A stretch of DNA of 62,640 bases, filler included. It is 8 parts of 8 records of this genome, joined end to end, with 100 filler letters (N's around TTAATTAATTAA, not from the genome) between each part and the next. Parts side by side here need not be neighbours in the genome. Positions count along the whole stretch, not along the records: positions 1 to 7,211 come from SRR31156797_4336; positions 7,312 to 12,625 come from SRR31156797_4352; 6 more parts are not named here. One strand, 5' to 3'. Each line of letters starts with the position of its first letter. The stretch's first letter is position 1. The notes under the pieces are model-generated. The model saw only the letters and a program-made list of their open reading frames with translations, was not told the DNA's origin and searched no databases. This document shows, one piece after another, positions 1-9,006 of this stretch. The translations under genes and the position numbers were made by a program.

Positions 1-23
1 GACACCAACCATGGGGACAAAGG

Positions 24-688
24 ATGAACAAACTCTCAATTGTCGCTTTCTTCTGCCTTCTTGCGTTGATATCCTGCGCTGACGACGATCAGACCGAACC
101 TTACGCACCCCGTGTCGATGGCGAGATTCAGAGTTGCACGGATGGTGTGTAGATTGCCTATCAGGTGTGGCGGTACAATGGCAGCCCGGAAGCAACGCTG
201 GTTTTTCTTAACGGAAGGACCGAGTATACGGACAAATATCATCATTTGATCGACCTTATGCAAAAGCCTTGAGTTTGAGGCTTATCGAGTCTGGTAAAGG
301 TGAAGACCCCACAGGAGAAAGCGAACCCCGACCTGACTGTGATGAAAACATCGTCACCCATGACTGCGAATTGTACAATCAATTCAAGGAAGATCCCTAC
401 ACGCTAATCGGAGAGCCGACCTGGGGATGGGGGTATGCGGCGCTTACGGGATTTGAGTCTCTTTTTTCTGACGTCGACAGCATTACAAGTCCAATCTTAA
501 TTATGCAGGCAGGCGAAGAATTGGTCGTATTGCCTGAAAAACAGCAGGAATTCTGTGATCTTCTCGGTGCTGAACGATGCACCCTATCCGTTTACGAAAA
601 TGACTATCATGAACTTTTCAATGAAACGGACAGAGAGGATGTCATGGAAGAATCCATCCTCTTCATTGATCGTGTATTAGCAGAGTAG
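24..688 (+). pseudogene. Disrupted lipoprotein alpha/beta hydrolase (lysophospholipase PldB-like)
   Basis: Hand translation from ATG 24 gives MNKLSIVAFFCLLALISC (lipobox)...DGV*IAYQVW...LVFLNGRTEYTDKYHHL, with in-frame TAG at 150-152 and TGA at 270-272. The C-terminal half (PILIMQAGEELVV...YHELFNETD) is in another frame at 269-688. The GxSxG segment is missing. Confidence 0.75.
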
Positions 689-873
689 AACCGTTCTTAA
701 AAAAGGTTGCAGGGTGCACATCCCAACATGCCGTTGCCACCTCAAAAAGAGTTTAAAGTGTTTTAGAGCACGGTTTGAATCGACCGGAGGTGGTCTGCTC
801 ACGGACCAAGCCATGACGCATCCCATTATTGGGTTTCATGCCAAAATCATAAAAGAGGACTGGTGGCGGGTGT

Positions 874-1086
874 CTATTCTTGTCGTGCCGTGACCGCGGG
901 TGCGGATTGAGGCGTATCGAGGGGAGTTTTCGTCTCACGCTTTTGGGGTGGAGGAATCTTATGACAAACGGGGTCGGTTCCACGCTGGCATGACGAGCAG
1001 CCAGAGTCTTTCTCCCGCCTCCTGATGATGGAGAAGACGCCTACGAGCCCCACTCCCGTCAAGATGATCGTCTCAGGGTCCAGCAT
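874..1086 (-). CDS. Small single-TM Cys-rich membrane protein (70 aa)
   Basis: AGGAAGGGA RBS 4 nt before ATG 1086; MLDPETIILTGVGLVGVFSII-RRREK-DSGCSSC (hydrophobic helix, basic stop-transfer, CxxC). Confidence 0.55.
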   Translation of the reverse strand: MLDPETIILTGVGLVGVFSIIRRREKDSGCSSCQRGTDPVCHKIPPPQKRETKTPLDTPQSAPAVTARQE

Positions 1087-1189
1087 GAGTTCCCTTCCTG
1101 ATGAGTAAAAATATTGATACCATCTAAGGAAATTTAAAACACAAGGGTGCCGATAGCAAGCACTTTTTGGTGAAACCTGAACAGGGTCC

Positions 1190-1216
1190 GCCGGATCTTC
1201 GAGGAAAAGATCCGGC
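1190..1216 (-). terminator. Hairpin downstream of the esterase gene
   Basis: GCCGGATCTT-N7-AAGATCCGGC perfect 10-bp stem 13 nt after the stop; no clear U tract. Confidence 0.45.
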
Positions 1217-1229
1217 ACAAAGCGTCGGC

Positions 1230-1976
1230 TCAGGCAAGCTTGTCCAGAAAGTACTCCATCTGTTTAAACCACCAGGGCCAGTCATGGTTGACGTCATGGC
1301 CCCAGATATCAATCCATGCGGGCACCTCTTTGCCTTGCAGGATACGTTCGAGGCCGCGGGTATCGTCAAGGGCCTCTTCATCCCAAGCACCCTGCCCGCA
1401 GCAGATCACGATTTGACTGCGGCGGTAGGCATCCAGGGTCTCCCCGTCGTCAATGCCCGGCAGGTACGCCAGGGGGGAGTTGAAGTAGACGGGTCCAAGC
1501 TCGTGGCTCTGTAATCCGAACTCGGGCCGATCCAGGCGGTAGAGGCCGCTCAGGGCGAGGGTCCCGCCGAAAAGACCGGGATGTTTGAAAAAGAAGTTGA
1601 CCGCATGATAGGCGCCCATGGAGCAGCCGTTGGTCAGGATGTTCGCCTGTGGATTCTGGCAATGGTCACGGATAAACGGGACCACCTCGCCGGTAACATA
1701 GCGGTCGTACCGCTCGTGGCGAGCGTTGCGCTCCGCCGGTGCCACAGCGAAGTCGTACCACGACTCGGCATCAATGCTGTCCACACAGAAAAGCTTGACG
1801 CGTCCGTCTTCGATGAAGCCGGCGATGGCGTCGATCATCCCCATCCCCTCATAGTCGAAATAGCGCCCCCGGGAACAGGGGAAGACGATCAGAGGCCGAC
1901 CCCAGTGTCCGTATACCTTGAGGGACATCTCGCGATCCAGGTGGGGGCTGTGCCAGCGGTGCTCTTCAGTATGCAT
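1230..1976 (-). CDS. Esterase family alpha/beta hydrolase
   Basis: GCSMG nucleophile elbow, C-terminal HDWPWW His motif, YGHWGRPLIVFP N-terminus. Confidence 0.85.
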   Translation of the reverse strand: MHTEEHRWHSPHLDREMSLKVYGHWGRPLIVFPCSRGRYFDYEGMGMIDAIAGFIEDGRVKLFCVDSIDAESWYDFAVAPAERNARHERYDRYVTGEVVPFIRDHCQNPQANILTNGCSMGAYHAVNFFFKHPGLFGGTLALSGLYRLDRPEFGLQSHELGPVYFNSPLAYLPGIDDGETLDAYRRSQIVICCGQGAWDEEALDDTRGLERILQGKEVPAWIDIWGHDVNHDWPWWFKQMEYFLDKLA

Positions 1977-1991
1977 CGGTTCATCTTCCTT

Positions 1992-3152
1992 TCAGACCGT
2001 TTTGTGAATAAATTCGGTTATTTTTCTCACCTGTGCGAATTCTTTCGACCGGAAGATGTATCCCACATCCCCCAACGCGCTGCTGAAAACCCCCGGCACG
2101 CTGACCACGTTGGCGATCTCGTCATTGAAGCTCGCCATGATCTCAGCGTGGCTGTATCGGTAAGGCATGCCGTTTTTGCGGCTTGCATAGGTGCAGTGGT
2201 ACTTGCGCTCATAGTCCAGTTTCCGTTCGTCACGAACCAGCAGGCGGGCCCATGCGCGGTAGATGTCGATGTCGCAGGCGTAGTTGAACATGTCAGTGGT
2301 GAATCCCCCCGGTGGGCGCATGTTGATCTCCAGGCCCACATAATCCTCATCTCCCTGATGAAAAAATTCGATGTGGAAGAAGCGATCACGCGCCTCGAAG
2401 GCTGAAACACAGCGGCGGCCCAACTCTTCCAGGCGGGACGGGATCTCCCGCAGGGAGGTGTAGCTGATGTGGCGTCCTTCGTTGACGGTCTCCATGATTC
2501 CCTGGCTGAAGGTGTGCGCTGTGGCAAAAACCAGCTCGCCCTCGCGATCGGCCAAGCCGTCAAAGCTGACAATGGTGCCCTCCACGAAGCCTTCAAGGAT
2601 ATAGTCCACCGTCAGGGGGGACGCGAAAAGGTCCACAAGGTCAGCTTCCGAGTCCAGTCGGAACGTGTCCAGTGCCCCCACCCCGGCGTCTGGTTTGGCC
2701 ACTACGGGGTATCCGGTCTTGGCGGCAAGGGCCCTGGCCTCGGTCAGGTTTCGGACCACCCGGCCGGGTGCCACTGCCACCCCCGCTTGACGGAAGCGTT
2801 TTTTCATCTCCGACTTGCGCCGGATAGCATCGATCTGGTGACCACGGACCCCCGCGATATTGAAGTCGTCCCGCAGTTGCGCTTCGGTGGCCAGCCAGTA
2901 TTCGTTGAGGGATTCACAGCGGTCGATTTTTCCATACTTGTGTGTGAAATATCCCAACGCGCGTAGCAGCTGATCATAGTCGTGCAAATCGTCCACACGA
3001 TAATACTCTGTGAGGGCCTCCCGGACAGCAGGACGGAGGGCATCATAAGAAGCGTCGGCAATGCCCAGCACAGCGGCGCCGGCGGCCTTTAGCTGACTGC
3101 AAAAAGCCGTATAGTGCTCGGGGAAATGGGGAGATAGAAAAATTATATTCAT
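1992..3152 (-). CDS. ATP-grasp carboxylate-amine ligase family protein
   Basis: GYPVVAKPDAGVGA, YILEGFVEG, FHIEFF and LEINMRPPGG ATP-grasp motifs. Confidence 0.85.
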   Translation of the reverse strand: MNIIFLSPHFPEHYTAFCSQLKAAGAAVLGIADASYDALRPAVREALTEYYRVDDLHDYDQLLRALGYFTHKYGKIDRCESLNEYWLATEAQLRDDFNIAGVRGHQIDAIRRKSEMKKRFRQAGVAVAPGRVVRNLTEARALAAKTGYPVVAKPDAGVGALDTFRLDSEADLVDLFASPLTVDYILEGFVEGTIVSFDGLADREGELVFATAHTFSQGIMETVNEGRHISYTSLREIPSRLEELGRRCVSAFEARDRFFHIEFFHQGDEDYVGLEINMRPPGGFTTDMFNYACDIDIYRAWARLLVRDERKLDYERKYHCTYASRKNGMPYRYSHAEIMASFNDEIANVVSVPGVFSSALGDVGYIFRSKEFAQVRKITEFIHKTV

Positions 3153-3397
3153 GCCGTGTCCTCATTGATAGGCCATCTATGGCTGGTTCTGGTCATGGGC
3201 GGCTACTGCCGGAAGTATTGAGCGCATATAATGCGACGGTTTGCCATTTAGTCAACCGGTTGGCAAACTGACCTCTACGATGGATGACCTCTGCCGGGGC
3301 CAATCGGATAATTGACCGGCCCTTGTGGTTTACAGCCTCTGTTCAGCGCCTTATCTTGCAACACAGATGACCTTTTTCCCAAGACCGGAGATTGCCT

Positions 3398-4081
3398 ATG
3401 CCCCTGCTCACTGCAGAACATCTGACAAAAACCTACGCCATCGATGATCGCGAGCTGATGGTGCTGGACGACGTGTCCATGACCGCTGACAAAGGGCAGT
3501 TCATCGTCATTGAAGGCAGCAGCGGATCTGGCAAGACCACCCTTTTGACCCTGCTGTCGGGTCTGGATCATCCCACAACCGGAACGGTCCGCATCCATGG
3601 TACGGACATTACCGTCTTGAGCGAAGATGCCCTTGCCCCGATGAGAAATCGCAGCTTCGGTTTCGTCTTTCAATCCTTTCACCTTGTGCCGTCCCTCACC
3701 GCCCTTGAAAACGTGACATTTCCGGCCGAGCTGAACCGAGACAAGGAGGCCGAGAAGAAAGCACGGGATCTACTCGCGCGGGTCGGTATGACGGCCCGGC
3801 ATTCCAACTTCCCCCATCAACTTTCCGGTGGAGAGAAACAACGGATTGCCATCTGCCGGGCCTTGATCAATGCACCGGAAATCATTTTCGCAGACGAGCC
3901 CACGGGAAACCTCGATTCCGAAAACAGCGCGGCCATTCTCGACCTGCTGCTCGACCTTCGCGCCGAACACGATGCCGCACTCATCCTGGTGACCCACAGC
4001 CCCGATATTGCCGAAATGGCCGATTTGCGCATCACCCTGCAGGACGGCCGGTTGGTCAGGAAACAAAAAGATGCTGCATAA
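3398..4081 (+). CDS. ABC transporter ATP-binding protein (YbbA/LolD-like)
   Basis: Walker A GSSGSGKT, LSGGEKQR signature, FADEPTGNLD; GGAG RBS before ATG 3398. Confidence 0.92.
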   Translation: MPLLTAEHLTKTYAIDDRELMVLDDVSMTADKGQFIVIEGSSGSGKTTLLTLLSGLDHPTTGTVRIHGTDITVLSEDALAPMRNRSFGFVFQSFHLVPSLTALENVTFPAELNRDKEAEKKARDLLARVGMTARHSNFPHQLSGGEKQRIAICRALINAPEIIFADEPTGNLDSENSAAILDLLLDLRAEHDAALILVTHSPDIAEMADLRITLQDGRLVRKQKDAA

Positions 4082-6620
4082 ACAATTTATTTTACGCCAG
4101 ATCACCCGCCATGACCAGCAGGTAACCGTGTTTATCCTGTGCGTGATGCTCTCCATCGTCACCCTGGTGGCCGTGGATGGCTTCAGCCGAAGCATCCGCA
4201 GTGCCTTTCTGAACGATGCCAGAGCCCTCCACGCGGCGGACGTCATCGTTCGATCCCACACCCCCCTGTCGGCCCCGATCCGGGAGCGTATTCGCAATAT
4301 GACGGCAAAGGGACACGTGGAAAGCAGCCGTGTCTATGAATTCTACACGGTGGTTCGAACGGCAGCCGATGACAACTCCCTGCTGGCCGCCATCAAGATT
4401 GCAGGTGCCGGCTATCCGTTTTATGGACAGCTCCTCCTTGCCTCCGGCAGGTCGGTTGCGCAGGTTCTTCAACCGGGGGCCATCATTGTGGAACAAACCC
4501 TTCTGGATCGTCTTGGCATCTCCGTGGGAGATGAACTGCAAATTGGCAAAGCTGCCCTGACCATCGAAGACGTGGTCCTTAAAGAACCGGACCGCCCCGT
4601 CAATTTCCTTTCCTTCGGGCCCCGAATTTTCATCTCGGAACCGGATAAAGACCGCCTGGACCTCATGAAAGCCGGCAGCCGGGTCCATTACAAAATACTG
4701 CTAAAAGTCCTTGGCAGCAAGGACACCAACCCTCAGACAGCTGATCGCCAATTGTCGACGAGGACGGATGAGATTGCCAGAGAGTTGGCGGTTTTGGCCG
4801 CTGCCAGTGAATCAACGGGACAGGAGCGGGTGGAAACCGCCAAGAATGCCCGCTCCAGGGTAAAGCGATTTTTCGACAACTTTCTTTTCTTTCTGGCCCT
4901 GATCGCAATTTTGACCCTGCTTTTGTCGGGAATTGCCATTCGCAGCGCCGTTTCGGCCCTGCTGAAAGAGAAAGAAAGCAGCATCGCCGTCATCCGTGCC
5001 CTGGGAGGCAACCGGCGGTTCATCTATGTTCATTTCATCATCGTGATTATGATATTCGGTGCTATCGGCACCCTGCTGGGGCTGCTTTTTGGATTCCTTC
5101 TCCAAACCGCCCTGCCGGTCATGTTCGGGCATCTGCTGCCAACCGACCTGCAGCTGACCTTTTCCTGGGCCGCCATGCTGGAAGGCTGGGTGCTGGGCGT
5201 GGTGGTGGTGGGCCTGTTCGCGTTTCTGCCTCTAAACCGGGCCGGGAAGATCAAACCGGGTTCAGTCTTCCGTAAGGCGTCGAACCCCCATTCGAGGGGA
5301 TGGCCCTACCTGCTCTCCCTGATCCTGATCGCCGCCTTTTTTATCGGTATTGTGTTCTGGCAGCTCAAAGATATCCGCATCGGCCTGCGCTTCATCGCTG
5401 CCATATTCGCCCTCAGTGCCTTCTGCGCGCTGCTCACCCAGGCAATCCTCCGGGTTCTTAAACGATGGCAGCCCCGCTCTCTTGCCTTGCGACAGGCCAT
5501 CAGGGGGCTTTTCCGCCCGGGAAACGCCACCCGTCCCACCATCATCACCCTGGCCTCGGCCCTGGCGGTCATCTTCGCCATCTATCTTGTCGAACAGAAT
5601 TTGGATGCAGCCTTTGTCCGCTCCTATCCGGCCGACGCCCCCAACCTTTTCTTCATCGACATCCAGCCCGATCAGGTGGCAGGCGTCAAGGCGGCGTTGG
5701 GCGAAGCCCCCCGGTTCTACCCCATCATCCGATCCCAGCTGGTCTCCGTCAATGACTGGAAGGTCGACCGCCGTCGGGAACGGCAGCGCAGGGGCGACAA
5801 CCTGGCCCGCCCCTTCAACCTCACGTATCGGGATGACCTACTCGAAGATGAAGTCTTGATCCAAGGCCGCACCCTCTTTCGGGAGGAGTTCGAAGGGCTC
5901 CAGGTCTCGGTGCTGGATACAGTGGTGGAGATGAAATCGATGGATGTTGGTGACCAGCTGGAATTCAAGGTGCAGGGCATCCCGGTAAAGGCCACGATCT
6001 CAAGCATCCGGTCCAGAACCCATGAATCGGTCAAGCCCTTTTTCTATTTTGTCTTTCCGGAAGATTCCATCCTCAAAAACGCGCCCCAGACGATCTTCAC
6101 CGCCGTACGGGTACCCCCTGATCAACTTGGCCGGTTCCAGACCCGGATTGTCTCGCGCTTTCCCAACGTGAGCGTGATCAATGTCACCCAGACCCTGGTG
6201 GTCCTTTCCGGCATTGTCCACCGCCTCACGGGGATCATTCGATTCTTTACGGCTTTCAGTGTGCTGGCGGGTATCCTGATCATTGTCAGTTCCGTCTTCG
6301 CCACCCGGTTCGCCCGGATTCAGGAGGCCGTCTATTTCAAAATCGTCGGCGCACGAAACCGTTTCGTTTCAAGGGTGCTGGCCCTTGAGAATATCATCAT
6401 CGGCGGGGTGAGTGCCGCCATGGCCATCCTCATATCCCAGACGGGCAGCTGGCTGGTCTGCACCCGGTATTTCGATATCACCTATCAACTTCATCCGGTC
6501 GCCAGCCTGGCCATGGTGATCGGTACGGTAGTCCTTGTAATGACCGTCGGCGGACTCGCGGCCCGGCCGGTTCTGAGAAAACGTCCTGCCGTATTTTTGA
6601 GGGAACAGACAGAAGAATGA
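4071..6620 (+). CDS. ABC transporter permease, YbbP-like (duplicated FtsX/MacB architecture)
   Basis: About 850 aa with two TM clusters, YPFYG and APNLFFIDIQPDQ motifs; ATG 4071 overlaps the ATPase gene end. Confidence 0.88.
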   Translation: MLHKQFILRQITRHDQQVTVFILCVMLSIVTLVAVDGFSRSIRSAFLNDARALHAADVIVRSHTPLSAPIRERIRNMTAKGHVESSRVYEFYTVVRTAADDNSLLAAIKIAGAGYPFYGQLLLASGRSVAQVLQPGAIIVEQTLLDRLGISVGDELQIGKAALTIEDVVLKEPDRPVNFLSFGPRIFISEPDKDRLDLMKAGSRVHYKILLKVLGSKDTNPQTADRQLSTRTDEIARELAVLAAASESTGQERVETAKNARSRVKRFFDNFLFFLALIAILTLLLSGIAIRSAVSALLKEKESSIAVIRALGGNRRFIYVHFIIVIMIFGAIGTLLGLLFGFLLQTALPVMFGHLLPTDLQLTFSWAAMLEGWVLGVVVVGLFAFLPLNRAGKIKPGSVFRKASNPHSRGWPYLLSLILIAAFFIGIVFWQLKDIRIGLRFIAAIFALSAFCALLTQAILRVLKRWQPRSLALRQAIRGLFRPGNATRPTIITLASALAVIFAIYLVEQNLDAAFVRSYPADAPNLFFIDIQPDQVAGVKAALGEAPRFYPIIRSQLVSVNDWKVDRRRERQRRGDNLARPFNLTYRDDLLEDEVLIQGRTLFREEFEGLQVSVLDTVVEMKSMDVGDQLEFKVQGIPVKATISSIRSRTHESVKPFFYFVFPEDSILKNAPQTIFTAVRVPPDQLGRFQTRIVSRFPNVSVINVTQTLVVLSGIVHRLTGIIRFFTAFSVLAGILIIVSSVFATRFARIQEAVYFKIVGARNRFVSRVLALENIIIGGVSAAMAILISQTGSWLVCTRYFDITYQLHPVASLAMVIGTVVLVMTVGGLAARPVLRKRPAVFLREQTEE

Positions 6621-6633
6621 AACAGAGGAATAA

Positions 6634-7211
6634 ATGGAATTGAAAAAAGTTGCACTGTGTATCATTGGCGTGTGGATCGCTTTCCCCCTGTTCTCCGGCT
6701 GTGAAAAAACCCAGGAGAGCGCACCGGTCGCCCATCATCAGGCTGAGCCGTCATACAAGGGCACCATTGTCGCCATGGGAGACAGCCTGACCGAGGGACT
6801 GGGCGTTGACGAAGAAAGTGCCTATCCTGCCCTTCTCCAGAAAAAACTGTTTCAAGAGGGCAAACGCTACAAGGTGGTCAACGCCGGCATCAGTGGTGAA
6901 ACCAGCTCCGGCGCCCTCTCACGCATCCAGTGGGTGCTCACCCTCAAACCCGACATCGTCATCCTTGAAACCGGCGCCAATGATGGATTAAGAGGGATCG
7001 ACCCGGCACTTACCCGCGACAATATCGACAACATCATAAAAATACTGCACAAAGAAGGCGTGGTGGTCGTCCTGGCCGGGATGGAGATGATGCGCAATCT
7101 CGGTGAAACCTTCACCAGGTCCTTCGGTGCGATCTACCCCGAGCTCGCCCGTACCAATGATGTCATTCTCATTCCCTTCTTTCTTGAAGGTGTGGCCGGC
7201 AACCCGAAACT
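6634..7211 (+). CDS. tesA: Arylesterase/acyl-CoA thioesterase I (SGNH/GDSL) lipoprotein, truncated by contig end
   Basis: GDSLTEG, NAGISGETS, ETGANDGLRG motifs; FSGC lipobox. Confidence 0.88.
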
Positions 7212-7311
7212 NNNNNNNNNNNNNNNNNNNNNNNNNNNNNNNNNNNNNNNNNNNNTTAATTAATTAANNNNNNNNNNNNNNNNNNNNNNNNNNNNNNNNN
7301 NNNNNNNNNNN
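7212..7311. other. Artificial contig spacer
   Basis: 44 N + TTAATTAATTAA (stops in all frames) + 44 N. Confidence 0.98.
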
Positions 7312-7992
7312 AAGAAGCAACAGGTAAAGATCGGTCATGTCTTCTATGTGAATGTTCGGCCGTTTCTGTTCTCCGCCAAAGACGGTGATCTGTCCTTTAT
7401 TGACAGCGTGGTTGGTCAGAATATTGACCGTCAGATCGAGCCTGAGGCGGGGGGAATGACCGCAGACGGTAGAAGGCCTGATAACGGTTATGATAAAGTC
7501 GTCCGAGGCTTTTTTGAGCAGGACTTTTTCGCAGGCGGCCTTGTATTTTGAATAATCCGTCAAGGGCTCCAGCGGCAGGTCTTCGGTTACTTCGCTTTCT
7601 TCCTTAATACCGTAAACGCTGGAACTGGAGGCGTAGATAAATCTTTTAACGCCGCTTTCGACGGACTCATCGACCAATGATACAAAGGCGTCGTAGTTGA
7701 TGGATTTGCCAAGCACCGGATCAAGCTCGTAGCTGGGATCGTTGGATATACAGGCCAGGTGTATAACGGCGTCGGCGCCCGGCAATTCCCTTTTAAGCAT
7801 ATCCTTGTTGCGGATGTCTCCCTTGACCACGGTCAGGCCAGGATGATCTTTAACATCGTCAAATACGTCTTCCCCGTAAATGAGAAGGTCGATCACCTTT
7901 ACGGCATACCCTTGCGCCAGCAATTTCGGCACGAGCACGGCGCCTACGTACCCGGCGCCGCCGGTTACCAATATGTTTTTTAATTCAGACAT
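7312..7992 (-). CDS. NAD-dependent epimerase/dehydratase (extended SDR), 3' truncated
   Basis: TGGAGYVG, YASSSSVYG and YSKYK catalytic motifs. Confidence 0.9.
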
Positions 7993-8037
7993 CAAATTAT
8001 CACTCCATCCAGTGTTATTCTCTCACTGCCGACCGAA

Positions 8038-8982
8038 TTAAACGGTCGCGGCCCATAGCTGGGGAACGGTTTCAGAATGCCTTCCCCGGACAAAAAAGCT
8101 CTCGCCCCCGTCGGCCACGGTCCTGACCAGCATTGTTTTCCAGGGACGGAAATAGTAGTCGGGTTCTTTTTCCGAGGCTTCGGTTCGATAATCATCCGGC
8201 AGCTTTTTGAGGTCGCAGACCAGTGAAGTAAAAGAGCGGCAGCTTTTCGGCCCGCCGACATTACGAACCATGGCCAGGGCCTTTAGAAAAACTTCGGGCG
8301 CGGTAACAGCGCTGCCGAAATTCATGATCACCCCGTTTTCCAGTTTTTCCATGACATGGGCCAGGCAGAGAAAATCCGTGTAGCTGGCCTGCCCATAGGC
8401 GGCCCCATTGCAATTGGGGTGTTCATGAACTATGTCGCATCCTATGCCCACATGGACCGTCACCGGGATATTGAGACGATGGCCGGCCGCCAGCAGGCTG
8501 ATATCGCGGCGACTGAATTTTTCTTCTTCAATGACCCGTCCCACGGCTTCACCTATTCCAAGGCCTTCGGCGTATGCATCATTAACAATTTCGTTTATAC
8601 CGCCGGTTTCATCCCACAACCCGAAGCGACCTTCGGATATGTAATGTTCGACATCCTCGGTTGTCGCTCCGATCAAAGCCAATTCATAATCGTGTATTAC
8701 TCCGGCGCCGTTCATGGACAAGCAGCTTATCAAGCCCTTTTCCATCAAATCGATAATGTATTTCTGGACGCCGGACCGTATAACGTGGGCGCCCATAAAC
8801 ATAATGACCGCCCGGTCGTTTATACGGGCTTCTTTTATTTTGTTTCCGACCGCTTTCATTTCCGCTGAACAGGTTTGGGGAGCGATCAGGGGTTTAATGA
8901 TATCCGCCTCAAGCTTGTGAACGCGATCGGCCAAAGGAAGCGTGCGAATTCTGGACCTGTCAAATAGAGGGTATCGAGACAT
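8038..8982 (-). CDS. Deoxyhypusine-synthase-like fold protein of unknown function
   Basis: IMFMGAHVIRSGVQKYIIDLMEKGLISCLSMNGAGVIHDYE and FGSAVTAPEVFLKAL resemble the DHS-like NAD-binding family; lies within the sugar operon. Confidence 0.65.
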   Translation of the reverse strand: MSRYPLFDRSRIRTLPLADRVHKLEADIIKPLIAPQTCSAEMKAVGNKIKEARINDRAVIMFMGAHVIRSGVQKYIIDLMEKGLISCLSMNGAGVIHDYELALIGATTEDVEHYISEGRFGLWDETGGINEIVNDAYAEGLGIGEAVGRVIEEEKFSRRDISLLAAGHRLNIPVTVHVGIGCDIVHEHPNCNGAAYGQASYTDFLCLAHVMEKLENGVIMNFGSAVTAPEVFLKALAMVRNVGGPKSCRSFTSLVCDLKKLPDDYRTEASEKEPDYYFRPWKTMLVRTVADGGESFFVRGRHSETVPQLWAATV

Positions 8983-9006
8983 TATCTTTGCACTACAGGC
9001 TTCCTT

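Noticed and set aside
150..152. In-frame TAG as possible pyrrolysine or recoding
   Set aside because: The same gene also has a frame break and lacks its catalytic segment, and TAG is used as a normal stop at 686-688.
760..769. GTTTTAGAGC, identical to the start of a type II-A CRISPR repeat
   Set aside because: Single 10-mer with no repeat-spacer periodicity and no cas genes.
1581..2966. Long plus-strand ORFs opposite the esterase and ATP-grasp genes
   Set aside because: Antisense shadows of GC-rich coding sequence with no motifs.
7256..7267. Recurrent TTAATTAATTAA palindrome
   Set aside because: Always centred in N runs; an assembly linker, not biology.
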